Below, one piece after another: positions 1-8,601 of a DNA stretch of 12,505 bases. A program made the translations under genes and the position numbers. Within the stretch, counting starts at the first letter, position 1; each line of letters begins with the position of its first letter. Source of the DNA: Paramicrosporidium saccamoebae KSL3 (Eukaryota > Fungi > Cryptomycota); NCBI GenBank assembly GCA_002794465.1, contig MTSL01000173.1, forward strand, positions 1 to 12,505, written 5' to 3'. The notes below the pieces were generated by a model, which worked only from the letters and a program-made list of their open reading frames with translations, was not told the origin of the DNA and made no database searches.

Positions 1-2132
1 GGCATCGCCAGCCGCCACAAAGGAACAAGCAACAAGAACGATCAACGACGACGTGAGACTGGATGCCTCTATTACAAAGTCTACCTATCTCGGGCAAAGG
101 AGACAGCATTCCGGCAACTCCAATCGCGATACAACTGATAAGGATGTCGTTGTGACAGAGACAGTGGCCCGTGTGGAGCAATTGCAAATCGAGACTCGTC
201 TACCTGAACAAAAGCCGGTGGAGCCAGTTACCCAAGCCACTCAATGCGTTGAGTCTTCTGCGGCCACAATTTCTAGTACTGACCTTGAGGCCCCAACCAG
301 TGAAATCAAAATGAATGGAAGCGACAGTCAACTAGATAAGCTGAGACAGTCTACAAGTCATCCTGCCCCAGTTCTTGCAACAAAAAGTTCTCACAAAAAC
401 TTGACTGCCCAGGCTCCGACCGCTTTGCGATGCGAACTGCAAGGCCAAATTCAAAAGGTCATTGTTACTTCAGGCATTGATGGGAAATTATCACTTTTAA
501 ATGATTTGGCCAAGAGATGGGGCGCTCGTGCTATTATCCACACTGGAAACTTTGGATTCTACGGTACTTTACAGATTGCATAGTCACTAATTGTCAGATG
601 ACGAGAGTCCAAGCCGCATAGATGCAAACAATCTGAGATTTGTTGCAAGCAGAGAAATTGGCCAAGAAAAGGCCAATTCCCTTTCTGACGAGGAGGTAAA
701 AAGCTTGGTTACCACACAAGGCTTGCTGTCAGAGTTTCCGGATTTCGTCAGTGGAGTTAAACGCTTGGATGTTCCCGTGTACGTTGTATGGGGACAATAT
801 GAAGACTTTGCCGTGATTGAAAAATTAAAGAGGGGTGTGTATCATGTACCGAACCTGTACATTTTGGACCATCGCAATTCGTTTGCCATTTCTAGTGGAT
901 CAACCACGCTTCGTCTATTTGGTTTAGGCGGATCTTTCAGCTACCCGAAGCTCTTTGACGTCGGTCTGGGTAATGATTCTGTCTCTGGAGGAGATGGTAA
1001 AATGTGGGCCACTTTGGTCCAATTGGGAGAACTTTTAGATCTGGCCGAAAAGTATGAGGACCTCAACGAGGTGCGTGTGTTTATCAGCCAAGTCAATCCC
1101 AGTAAGGAGCCGCTTGCCCATTTCGTTGCTACTGCAATTAGAGCCGAGTATAGTGTTAGTACTGGAGACACCACCATCTGCTCCATCTTTAATGATCGCG
1201 CGATACATACAGTACAGACATTGAATGCCTTTATGAAGCCAACGAAGGAGGATATTAAATCCATGTGGGACCAGATCTACTTTGCCTGCAATGAAAAGTT
1301 TACCAATGTTCAACGCAAAAGCTGCCAAAAGTTCATCTCGTGCATTGAAAAGTCGTATATTACTGAAGAAATTTTGCACCGATGCACCCATATCAATATG
1401 TGTTCGATTCAATACGGAGAGGCCAAGTTGTGTCTATCCAAGGAAAAAATATCGATTGAAAGTGGGCACGTTCGGGATACGCTCAATGTGTTTGCTGGTG
1501 GTTCGCTCAAGTTAGCCTCGAATACACTTGCTGGTAGTTCCTCCAAGTTAGCCTCCGATGCACCTTTTAGTAATACCTGCAAGTCAACATCGGACATATT
1601 TGTCGGAGGGTCCTCAAAGTCCGTCTCTGATGCTCTAGCTAGTGACTCTTCAAAGTCGACCTCGGATGTTCTCGTCAATAATTCCCCAAAGTCAATGTCT
1701 GATGTGCCTGCTGGTGATTCATCCAAGCTAGCACCTGATTTGCCCGTCAATGGCTCCTCCAGCCCAGCTTCCTCAACGAACCCCTCTGGGGAAAACTTGA
1801 CTTCATCGGTTGATCCCCTATTCTCTGCACTCCCCTCCGCCACCAGTCGTCCTGAAGAGTCTTCGTCGTTTTATATGGATCGTCGTGGATCATCTAATCC
1901 CGACCTTTCTTGCATCCTCAAAAATCTTCCTCGTGACATTAGCGGCGCTGAGCTGGATGAGGAATGTTTGAGCAAATACGACATTGAGTCGATTAATTTC
2001 CGGTCTCCCCGTAATGAAGTTGCATTGGTTACATTTAAGAGTGTGGAGGAGAGGAACCGTGCCATGTCTGAATTGACTGACACTATGGTTAGAGGACGCA
2101 CGATATTTGTTGCCATTCCTCACGCCCGTTGA
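1..2132 (+). CDS. DUF2433-type fungal protein: degenerate calcineurin-like metallophosphoesterase region plus C-terminal RRM (5'-partial; exons <1-563 and 598-2132)
   Basis: The frame of ORF 53..583 is open back to base 2 (ASPAATKEQ...), so the true start is upstream of the window. Removing a 34-nt intron joins IIHTGNFGFY to DDES, matching the HTGDFGFYDD block I recall from fungal DUF2433/RRM proteins. Downstream blocks LDVPVYVVWGQYED, LRLFGLGG and GKMWATLVQLGEL follow the same family. The C-terminal ILKNLP...ALVTFKSVEERNRAMSELTDTMVRGRTIFV is RRM-like. The family call is from memory, not a search. Confidence 0.8.
564..597 (+). other. Spliceosomal intron, 34 nt
   Basis: GTACTT donor, CACTAAT branch-like motif at 585-591, CAG acceptor. 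Removal fuses ORFs 53..583 and 591..2132 in frame and restores GFY-DD. Confidence 0.9.
1488..1775 (+). repeat. In-frame degenerate tandem repeat, 8 x 36 nt (12 aa)
   Basis: Units: VFAGGSLKLASN / TLAGSSSKLASD / APFSNTCKSTSD / IFVGGSSKSVSD / ALASDSSKSTSD / VLVNNSPKSMSD / VPAGDSSKLAPD / LPVNGSSSPASS. Lys is at position 8 in seven of eight units, and the DNA period is visible (aag...gat). Confidence 0.85.
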
Positions 2133-2313
2133 GTACTTGTTACTATTCCTCGCGTTTGCTAAATAATCTTTATGCCATTCGTGAATAAACAACTAAATAT
2201 TCTACAAATCGACACCACTAGTACACAACGATGACAGCGCAACCAAAACGCAGAAATGATAACACAACTCAAATACCAACACTGGTTCTATTGAAAGTAA
2301 TCTACAAAACTAC

Positions 2314-3297
2314 CTAAGCCCGATGCAGTAGCTCCATGGGATCGGTATAATCCGTACGCACTTCGGCCGCACTTCGCTGCAGTTCAAACGTATTCATTAG
2401 CATTCCTGATGTGCTCATCTCTGGACAGATGAAATCAATGGACATGGTCATATTTGCCATGTTTGTCATTGAAACGCTCATTTGGTTGCTTGGACTTGAT
2501 GCCCTGAACACTTGCTCCACGTGCAATGAATTCACTGCCCCATTGACCGCAGGATCGTTGACCCGTGGCATCTGGTATGCGTTCCATTGGAACAACGGAT
2601 ACTCCTCCGAGGGCGGCTCTGGATCGGCGGGCCAATCGCAGATGCTTGGAGCAATCGGCTCCACAGAAATGGACTCCATTAGACGTTCTTTGCGTCGACG
2701 ACGTCGGCCAGAACTACTTGAACTGGAGCCGAGCTTGCGTCGTTTAAAGGCGCCGTCCTTGAAGGCAGCCAGTTCCTCCTCGTTGACCGTCCAATAGGAA
2801 CCCTTTCCCGTGTCCTTGTCGGATTTCTGCAGTTTCACAAAACAACTGTTTAGACTGAGATTGTGACGGATCGAGTTCTGCCAGCCACTGTTTTCGCTGC
2901 GGTAATAAGGATATTTGTCCATGATCCAGGAGTAGATTTGATTCAATGTCAACCGCTTACTGTTTGTGGCCAATAAGGCCTGAGCAATTAGCGAGGCATA
3001 GCTGTAAGGCGGCTTGGCCACGTCGTAGCGACATCCCGTGTACTGTGGATGAAAGGCGTCTCGCTTAAAGCATTCCTCTTCCATTGTTGCCATCGGCACT
3101 GAACTGCTGCTCGTACTTAGTGTCCGTTTGCGATCATCTGGCTTTGGGAGGATTGTGTGCACCTTTGTTGGGCGCACGCGGTGCATCTCCTTGGACATCC
3201 GGTCCGCGTCCAGAAACAGATCCGCAGGGACACACGTTCCATCCTCCTCCATCACTGCAGCTTTCCGACCACTTGGACGGCGATTGTTCATCATCAT
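2314..3297 (-). CDS. Forkhead (winged-helix) transcription factor with no FHA domain (Hcm1/Sep1-like architecture)
   Basis: [14 protein letters not shown]...[17 protein letters not shown]...[18 protein letters not shown]...GKGSYWTV is a canonical forkhead domain. It is followed by a basic NLS-like stretch (KRRK...RRRRRKER). First in-frame ATG is at 3297 (the ORF track starts at an upstream TTG); TAG stop at 2316-2314. Confidence 0.93.
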   Translation of the reverse strand: MMMNNRRPSGRKAAVMEEDGTCVPADLFLDADRMSKEMHRVRPTKVHTILPKPDDRKRTLSTSSSSVPMATMEEECFKRDAFHPQYTGCRYDVAKPPYSYASLIAQALLATNSKRLTLNQIYSWIMDKYPYYRSENSGWQNSIRHNLSLNSCFVKLQKSDKDTGKGSYWTVNEEELAAFKDGAFKRRKLGSSSSSSGRRRRRKERLMESISVEPIAPSICDWPADPEPPSEEYPLFQWNAYQMPRVNDPAVNGAVNSLHVEQVFRASSPSNQMSVSMTNMANMTMSIDFICPEMSTSGMLMNTFELQRSAAEVRTDYTDPMELLHRA

Positions 3298-3441
3298 GGA
3301 CAATCTGCACCACCTCCACCATCCAGATTGCCCCTTTTAGACTGCTGTCGGCGCTCAATTTACAAACACCAATAATTTCCTTATTAGGAAGTACCGTTAA
3401 TGTCGTTTGTCATTTGCCTTTTTGGGATTCTTGTTTATGGG

Positions 3442-4532
3442 CTACAATTTACTCTGCAGGCGGTTTTTGCCTTGCAATTGGCCATTACTTTGTGGTTGAT
3501 CCTTACTTTGTGATGGACCATTACTGCGCGACTGATCTTTACTCTGTGGTTGGTCTCTAACGCGAACAACGCCTTCTTGGGCGCAGCTAAGAACGAGGAC
3601 GCCATCCTTAGTATAGAGTCGACCTAGGGAGAAGCCACGGCCGGAACTGGCGCGCGGAGACTCCATTTCATACAAGAGCCATTCATCGACACGGAATGGG
3701 GCATGGAACCAGATACAATGGTCCAGTGTGGCCATAAAGGTTACTCTGGGATTCCACATGTGCAGTCCCGATGGCCTAAGAGAAGTGCTCAACAACAGAT
3801 GATCTGTGGCATATGCTGCAATACACTAACCTTAGCGCAAAAGAGAGACATACTTGATGTAGACCTGTATCGTCGGGAAGGACGTGTCCAACACGAATCC
3901 AAAAGGACTGTCTTGGTGACGCTGGCTGTGCCTCTTTGATTGTCTGCACATCAATGGGCTCGGTAAACCGAATCTCCAAATCAAATGGCTCAAATATGTG
4001 GAATCTAATGGCGTTTCCAATGTCCGGAGTGACCTGTGGATCCGCCAGAATGCCTTGTACGAGCTCCTCGCGGGTGGGAAAGGACTCTGGAGATGGTGTG
4101 GATGGCATTTTGTATTGATGGTCGAGCGAAGATTGCTCGGGAGTGTGGAAGGAGACTTCGCAGACGAATATATTTCTGCCCTTTTGGATCGCATGCACTG
4201 TTCTTGTGCAATAGGCCTTACCTGCAAATCACCTAGCAAACATTTCATGTACCATCTCGGACACGATTCACGCGGTAAAGGATGGGATGGTCGGGGTTTC
4301 CGGGAAGCAAAAAGTATGAATGCAGGGAGTGGACTGTGAATTGCTCAGGAACCGTGCGAGTGGCGGCCATCAGACTCTGGCCTACCACCTGTCCGCCAAA
4401 GACCCCCCGCGCTCCGCTGGGACGCCATAAACTCCTGCTTCTGTACAGGTCGACATCCAGCTCTACAAAATTATGACAAAATTAATCCCGACCATCTAAT
4501 AACACGGCCGTCTCAATTAATGCCTTGGACAT
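3442..4532 (-). CDS. TES1: Acyl-CoA thioesterase II (TesB/Tes1/ACOT8 family), peroxisomal, 333 aa; exons 4532-4493, 4462-4253, 4221-3854, 3825-3442
   Basis: The spliced product reads MSKALIETAVLLDELDVDLYRS...GVFGGQVVGQSLMAA...VHSLHSYFLLPG...VRDGKAYCTRTVHAIQKG...LHQCIAAYATDHLLL...MATLDHCIWFH...WLLYEMESPRASSGRGF...SCAQEGVVR, all TesB-family blocks. Exon lengths 40+210+368+384 = 1002 nt keep the frame. The protein ends in the PTS1 tripeptide SKL. Confidence 0.92.
3451..3558 (-). repeat. In-frame degenerate tandem repeat, 6 x 18 nt (6 aa), directly before the terminal KL
   Basis: RDQPQS / KDQSRS / NGPSQS / KDQPQS / NGQLQG / KNRLQS, then KL-stop. Five of the six units end in the codon AGT. Confidence 0.8.
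3826..3853 (-). other. Spliceosomal intron, 28 nt
   Basis: Minus strand GTATGT...GCTAAGGTTAG. Removal restores LHQ-CIAAYATDH and removes the frameshift between ORFs 3776..4198 and 3442..3795. Confidence 0.92.
4222..4252 (-). other. Spliceosomal intron, 31 nt
   Basis: Minus strand GTACAT...GGTGATTTGCAG. Removal restores VRDG-KAYCTRTVHA. Confidence 0.9.
4463..4492 (-). other. Spliceosomal intron, 30 nt
   Basis: Minus strand GTCGGGATTAATTTTGTCATAATTTTGTAG, with an in-frame TAA. Removal gives LLD-E-LDVDLYRS. The donor and branch site are weak. Confidence 0.75.
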
Positions 4533-4560
4533 GTGAAACGAAAAATTCGTTTATTCTTTT

Positions 4561-6306
4561 ATGATGGGTTTGGACAGCGGCGTCACACCCGAAACTGCCA
4601 AAGTGCTGGTGGTTGGTGCAGGTGGTATTGGGTGCGAGTTGTTAAAAAACCTCGTGTTGGGCGGATTTCGTAACATACACGTGGTAGGGGTGTGTATTAA
4701 TTTTTGAAATGTTTAGGTTGATTTGGATGTTATTGAACTGAGCAACTTGAACCGACAGTTTCTCTTCCGTCGGCAGCATATCGGCCAAGCCAAGGCCAAA
4801 GTAGCCGCTGAAGCTGTAAAATCCATGGTTCCTGATGCCAACATTACGCCATATTGGGCCAACATAAAGGACACTACCCAGTTCCCCTTTTCATTCTTCC
4901 GTACCTTTGATGTTGTGCTGAATGCACTGGATAACCTCGATGCACGTCGCTATGTGAATAATATGTGTCTGAGTGCCAGTGTGCCGTTGGTAGAGAGCGG
5001 CACTTCAGGCTATCTTGGCCAGTGCAGTGTCATCTTGCCTTGCGATAGCGAGTGCTTTGATTGTACCCCGAAAGAGAAGCCCAAAACCTTTCCGGTTTGT
5101 ACCATCCGGACCACACCCTCTTCGCTTGTCCATTGTATAGTTTGGGCAAAGGAATATTTAATGACGAATTTGTTGGGTCCACCGACCGAAGATGCTTTGC
5201 CAGAGGATGAGGCGTTGTTGGAATCTCTAAAAAGGGAAACTGAGGCATTTGTGGCCATCCGTGATATGGGACATGCCAACAGTGTCCTCTACAGTAGGAA
5301 AGTATTTAGCAAAGTCTTTTTCGATGATATTACCTCGCTCGTATCCTTGACAGAGCTATGGGAGAATCGGGACCCTCCCACTCCGCTTAGTATTGATTTT
5401 GATTCAGTTGAAGAATTTGATATGCGCCAAGCGGATGATCATCAAATCTGGACCCTTTCATCTTGGATTGCAGTGTTCAGATCGAGCATTGAAATCCTGT
5501 GTAAACGTGCATTCGCCAACAACAGTTTCACCGAAATCTACTTTGACAAGGATGATGAGGATGTTATGAGCTTTGTCGCAGCTGCAGCCAACATTCGTGC
5601 GCATATATTTGGAATCCCCTTGGCTAGCCACTTTTCACTCAAATCGATGGCTGGAAATATCATCCCGGCGATTGCAACAACTAACGCAATTGTCGCCGGA
5701 ATGATTGTGTTGCAAGCTTTAAACATTTTAAACAGAGAAAAGGCCAGATGCGTGACCGCCTTTTTGACGTACGGTGTCCGTAGAGGGACTTTGTTTGCAT
5801 GCGAGCGTTACCTGCCTCCAAACCAAGATTGCGCCACTTGTCAAGTGGATCGGGCGATTGCGTCTTTGGACCCCACCAAGACGACCCTGGGCCTGTTCTT
5901 GGATTCTATAACCGACGCATATAATAGCATTCGTGGTGTAAATATTGCCAAAAGAGAGTGCACTGTACTAGAAGGCACGCGTATGCTATATGACGAAGAT
6001 TTTGCCGACAATGCAGAAAGGCTTCTGAGCGAACTTGACTGTGGAGATTCCCGGTTCATCAGGGTTGATTTCTGGGACGCCAATGTGCCATTACTTGTCG
6101 TTATTGACAAATCTGACAAGGTCCAATTTTCATTTACCTCCGAACGACAAAATCGTAAGCGAAAGCATATGGCCGAGGACATAGGTAAGGATACAAACGA
6201 CGATCTGAGCAAGGAGGTGAACGACGACATAGATGAAGATATTACTCAGCCGCCAACAAAAATGGCACGATTGTTGATAGCCGATGAAGATGTTGTTGTA
6301 GTTTAG
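4561..6306 (+). CDS. UBA2: SUMO-activating enzyme E1 catalytic subunit (Uba2/SAE2), 570 aa; exons 4561-4683 and 4717-6306
   Basis: [18 protein letters not shown] nucleotide-binding loop, [37 protein letters not shown], Zn-binding CFDC and CATC, catalytic [29 protein letters not shown]. The C-terminus has NLS-like RNRKRK and SIM-like EDVVVV. Confidence 0.95.
4684..4716 (+). other. Spliceosomal intron, 33 nt
   Basis: GTAGGG...GTTTAG, with an in-frame TGA. Removal joins RNIHV to [15 protein letters not shown]. Confidence 0.9.
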
Positions 6307-6361
6307 CAGTTTATAAATCATAGTCATGACAGAATCTATGCAAATGGTTTATTCTTACGAC

Positions 6362-7756
6362 TTATTTTGGTAAAGCCTCGACTTTTTTCTCAACTCCCCT
6401 CTCAGCTTCGGCCTCATCCTTGCATTTGGTCTCCTCAACTGCGGCAGGTGAAGCAGCCTTTTCTGCTGTTCCGAGTTCCTTTTCCAAATCGTTTATGTAT
6501 GTCTCTTGTTCTTTAATCAAATCCTCCATGAGTTGCAGTTCCCGCTCCGCCATGGCAATAATCTCGTCCTCTTCGCCGGGCGCCGGCATTGTCACTCCCT
6601 CCGGTAGTGATACTCCGACAGCGGCAGCGGCGATCCGCGACTCTGCAGTCTCGTTGGCCTCCCGTAGTTTTGTTTTGAGATTGTCAATTTCCTCATCACG
6701 ACTGATCAGAGTGTCCTGAAGTTTGGCAATTTCTCCGCGTTCCTCCTCCAAAGTCGCAGGATCCCTTTCGCCAGTGTTGGCAGTGGCAAGGAGTTCAGAA
6801 TAAGCAGTCTTTTGCTCCTCTAGCTCCTTCTTGACACTTTCCAATTCCTTTTTGACAGTCTCATGCTCCTCTTGAAGCTCCTCTAGATCCTCCTCTTTTC
6901 CCAAAAGACCACCAATGTACTCGGCCATGGCCCTAACATCGGGATCCTGGTCAGAGACGAGTTTTCGACAAAGGGCATCATAATTATCTGCCCTCTCAGT
7001 GGCCTCTTCAAGTTTCTCCTTTAGTGTAGAAGCCTCGGCCTGCAGCAATTCCAGCGCAGCATCATCCACAACCGCCGGTGTAGGTATAGGCGCGGGTGAT
7101 GGAGGCTTTGAAATTTTATCAGGAGATGATGAGTCTGCAGCAGCATCAGGAGTCTTGGACACGGCATCAGGAGTCTTTAACACGGCATCAGGAATCTTGG
7201 ACACAGCTTCGGGAGACTTGGGCGCGGGCTCAGGAGACTTTGACACGGGTCCAGAAGATTGAGATAGGAGTGCAGGAGACTTGGTCTCGGGCTCAGGGGT
7301 GGAATCAACAGGCATAGCCACGGGCGTCGTTTCTTGGGGAGGAACTGCAGCCGCCGGCTTCTCTTCCGTCTCCTCGCTAATTGGGGGAGGGTTGGGAGCA
7401 ACTCCGGGAATACCACCCATCGCACCCATCATCTGAGACAGCATTGTTGGATCCATATCGGCGCCGGTGGCACGAGCACGGGCAGCACGCTTTCGCCGCG
7501 GCTTTCGTCCTCCACTGATCACTTCGTCCTCCTCATCGGCAAGGTTGATCGAGGAAGGTGGGACGTCACTTTTACGGGAAACCTCCTCCCCATCTGTCGC
7601 CGATTTCGCCCCTACTGTGGCACCCATAAAGGTTTCCGGGGCTCTATCTATTGGCGTTCTGCTCGCCCGGCTGCGACGGGGGACAGTGTTGGGATCATCC
7701 AGTCCTGACTTTTGCAAGCGCGACTTTAATGAACTTAGTGCATCATTATCCGCCAT
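6362..7756 (-). CDS. Hypothetical protein, 464 aa: disordered basic and Pro-rich N-half, acidic coiled-coil C-half
   Basis: Long ATG-initiated ORF with protein-like composition. Heptad-like segments include LQAEASTLKEKLEEA, LEELQEEHETVKKELESVKKELEEQK and IAKLQDTLISRDEEIDNLKTKLREA. I recognise no family motif. Confidence 0.8.
   Translation of the reverse strand: MADNDALSSLKSRLQKSGLDDPNTVPRRSRASRTPIDRAPETFMGATVGAKSATDGEEVSRKSDVPPSSINLADEEDEVISGGRKPRRKRAARARATGADMDPTMLSQMMGAMGGIPGVAPNPPPISEETEEKPAAAVPPQETTPVAMPVDSTPEPETKSPALLSQSSGPVSKSPEPAPKSPEAVSKIPDAVLKTPDAVSKTPDAAADSSSPDKISKPPSPAPIPTPAVVDDAALELLQAEASTLKEKLEEATERADNYDALCRKLVSDQDPDVRAMAEYIGGLLGKEEDLEELQEEHETVKKELESVKKELEEQKTAYSELLATANTGERDPATLEEERGEIAKLQDTLISRDEEIDNLKTKLREANETAESRIAAAAVGVSLPEGVTMPAPGEEDEIIAMAERELQLMEDLIKEQETYINDLEKELGTAEKAASPAAVEETKCKDEAEAERGVEKKVEALPK
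7141..7245 (-). repeat. In-frame tandem repeat, 5 x 21 nt (7 aa)
   Basis: + strand units: cagcatcaggagtcttggaca / cggcatcaggagtctttaaca / cggcatcaggaatcttggaca / cagcttcgggagacttgggcg / cgggctcaggagactttgaca. They encode SKSPEPA PKSPEAV SKIPDAV LKTPDAV SKTPDAA on the minus strand. Confidence 0.88.
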
Positions 7757-7806
7757 TGTGTGGGAATGCGTTGTCGCTCAGGTTATGGGCAATAGTCTTT
7801 GGATGC

Positions 7807-7870
7807 TGATTGGTCCAGAGAGCATTGTTTAGTCCTGCTGGTCTAAACAATGTTCGCCGTTGGCCAATCA
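7807..7870. repeat. Compound inverted repeat (64-nt hairpin potential)
   Basis: CATTGTTTAG (7823-7832) is the exact reverse complement of CTAAACAATG (7843-7852). TGATTGGTC (7807-7815) pairs with GGCCAATCA (7862-7870) with one G-T wobble. Confidence 0.8.
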
Positions 7871-8446
7871 TTGTTTGTGTAGGCTGTGAGTCTTCCATTG
7901 GTCGCAATATCGTGCATTTCCTTCAATAAGAATAATGGGATGGTTATGTCGCGTAGTGGGGATAATACCACGGACTTTGTCAAGCGGGAAGAGAACCCGC
8001 CCATTTTTAATCTCCCAAGTTGCCTAGTAATGATCCTCAAATGGTAAGATATAGGTTTCATTATCTTTCATCGATTTTTCTGATTATCCCTTCTGCAAAC
8101 TAGGGATCTATTTCCAAAAGACATGCTAATCAGTCTTCTACGTCACAGTTATATCATGAAAGCTAAATTATGAATCGGAAATCAAGGGTTTTGATGAGTG
8201 GTAAACCAACTTGCTAATTTTAATGATGAATAACTCCCCCATTGGCCATCACAATCAGATGTTGGGATCTTTCCTCTAAACTATGGACGAAAGTAAATAA
8301 AAGAAGCTCTCATTTGGCGCGTACGATAGAAGATTCTTGCACACTAGTTGTTGTAATGCCACAAAACAGGTCCCTCAGTAATTATAAACGCCTAGATAAC
8401 ATATATACAGCCCCTTAATCTAGAACCTTTACATGTCTAATGATCA

Positions 8447-8601
8447 TGCCCACTGGTATCCATTACAAAGCTCCCGTGGATCATTGATATCTGTTACCAA
8501 ACTCCCACGGATCATTGGTATCTATTACAAAGCTCCCACGGATCATTGGTATTTATTACAAAACTCCTACGGATCATTGGTATCTATTAAAAAACTCCCA
8601 T
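8447..8601. repeat. Minisatellite, 5 x 31 bp, no spacers
   Basis: Consensus GGATCATTGGTATCTATTACAAA(G/A)CTCCCAC. GGATC recurs at 8478, 8509, 8540 and 8571, with a more degenerate first unit at 8447-8477. Confidence 0.95.

Noticed and set aside
7801-7880. The 64-nt hairpin as a SECIS element
   Set aside because: On the minus strand ATGA pairs Watson-Crick with TCA instead of forming the GA/GA quartet, the apical AA is absent, and no TGA-containing gene lies upstream.
7833-8027. CxxU-like TGT AGG CTG TGA (7878-7889) as a hidden selenoprotein
   Set aside because: The frame has no start codon after the stop at 7830-7832, the flanks (NHCLCRL*VFHW) match no selenoprotein family I know, and there is no downstream SECIS.
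8022-8105. tRNA-Sec-like stretch: ATGATCCTCA matches the vertebrate tRNA-Sec 5' region, TTCA lies at about the anticodon position, and CCTAGT/ACTAGG could close an acceptor stem
   Set aside because: The D-stem and anticodon-stem 3' strands do not pair, there is no T-loop/B-box, and a 10-mer match is expected by chance in a window this size. A Secmarker or Infernal run would settle it.
8190-8300. Box C (ATGATGA at 8223-8229) or hammerhead-like pieces (TGATGAG near 8192; GGACGAAA near 8285)
   Set aside because: There is no CTGA box D downstream on the same strand, and hammerhead stem II cannot form between the two pieces.
8447-8601. 31-bp repeats as a CRISPR array
   Set aside because: The units are directly adjacent with no unique spacers, they are degenerate, there are no cas genes, and the context is eukaryotic.
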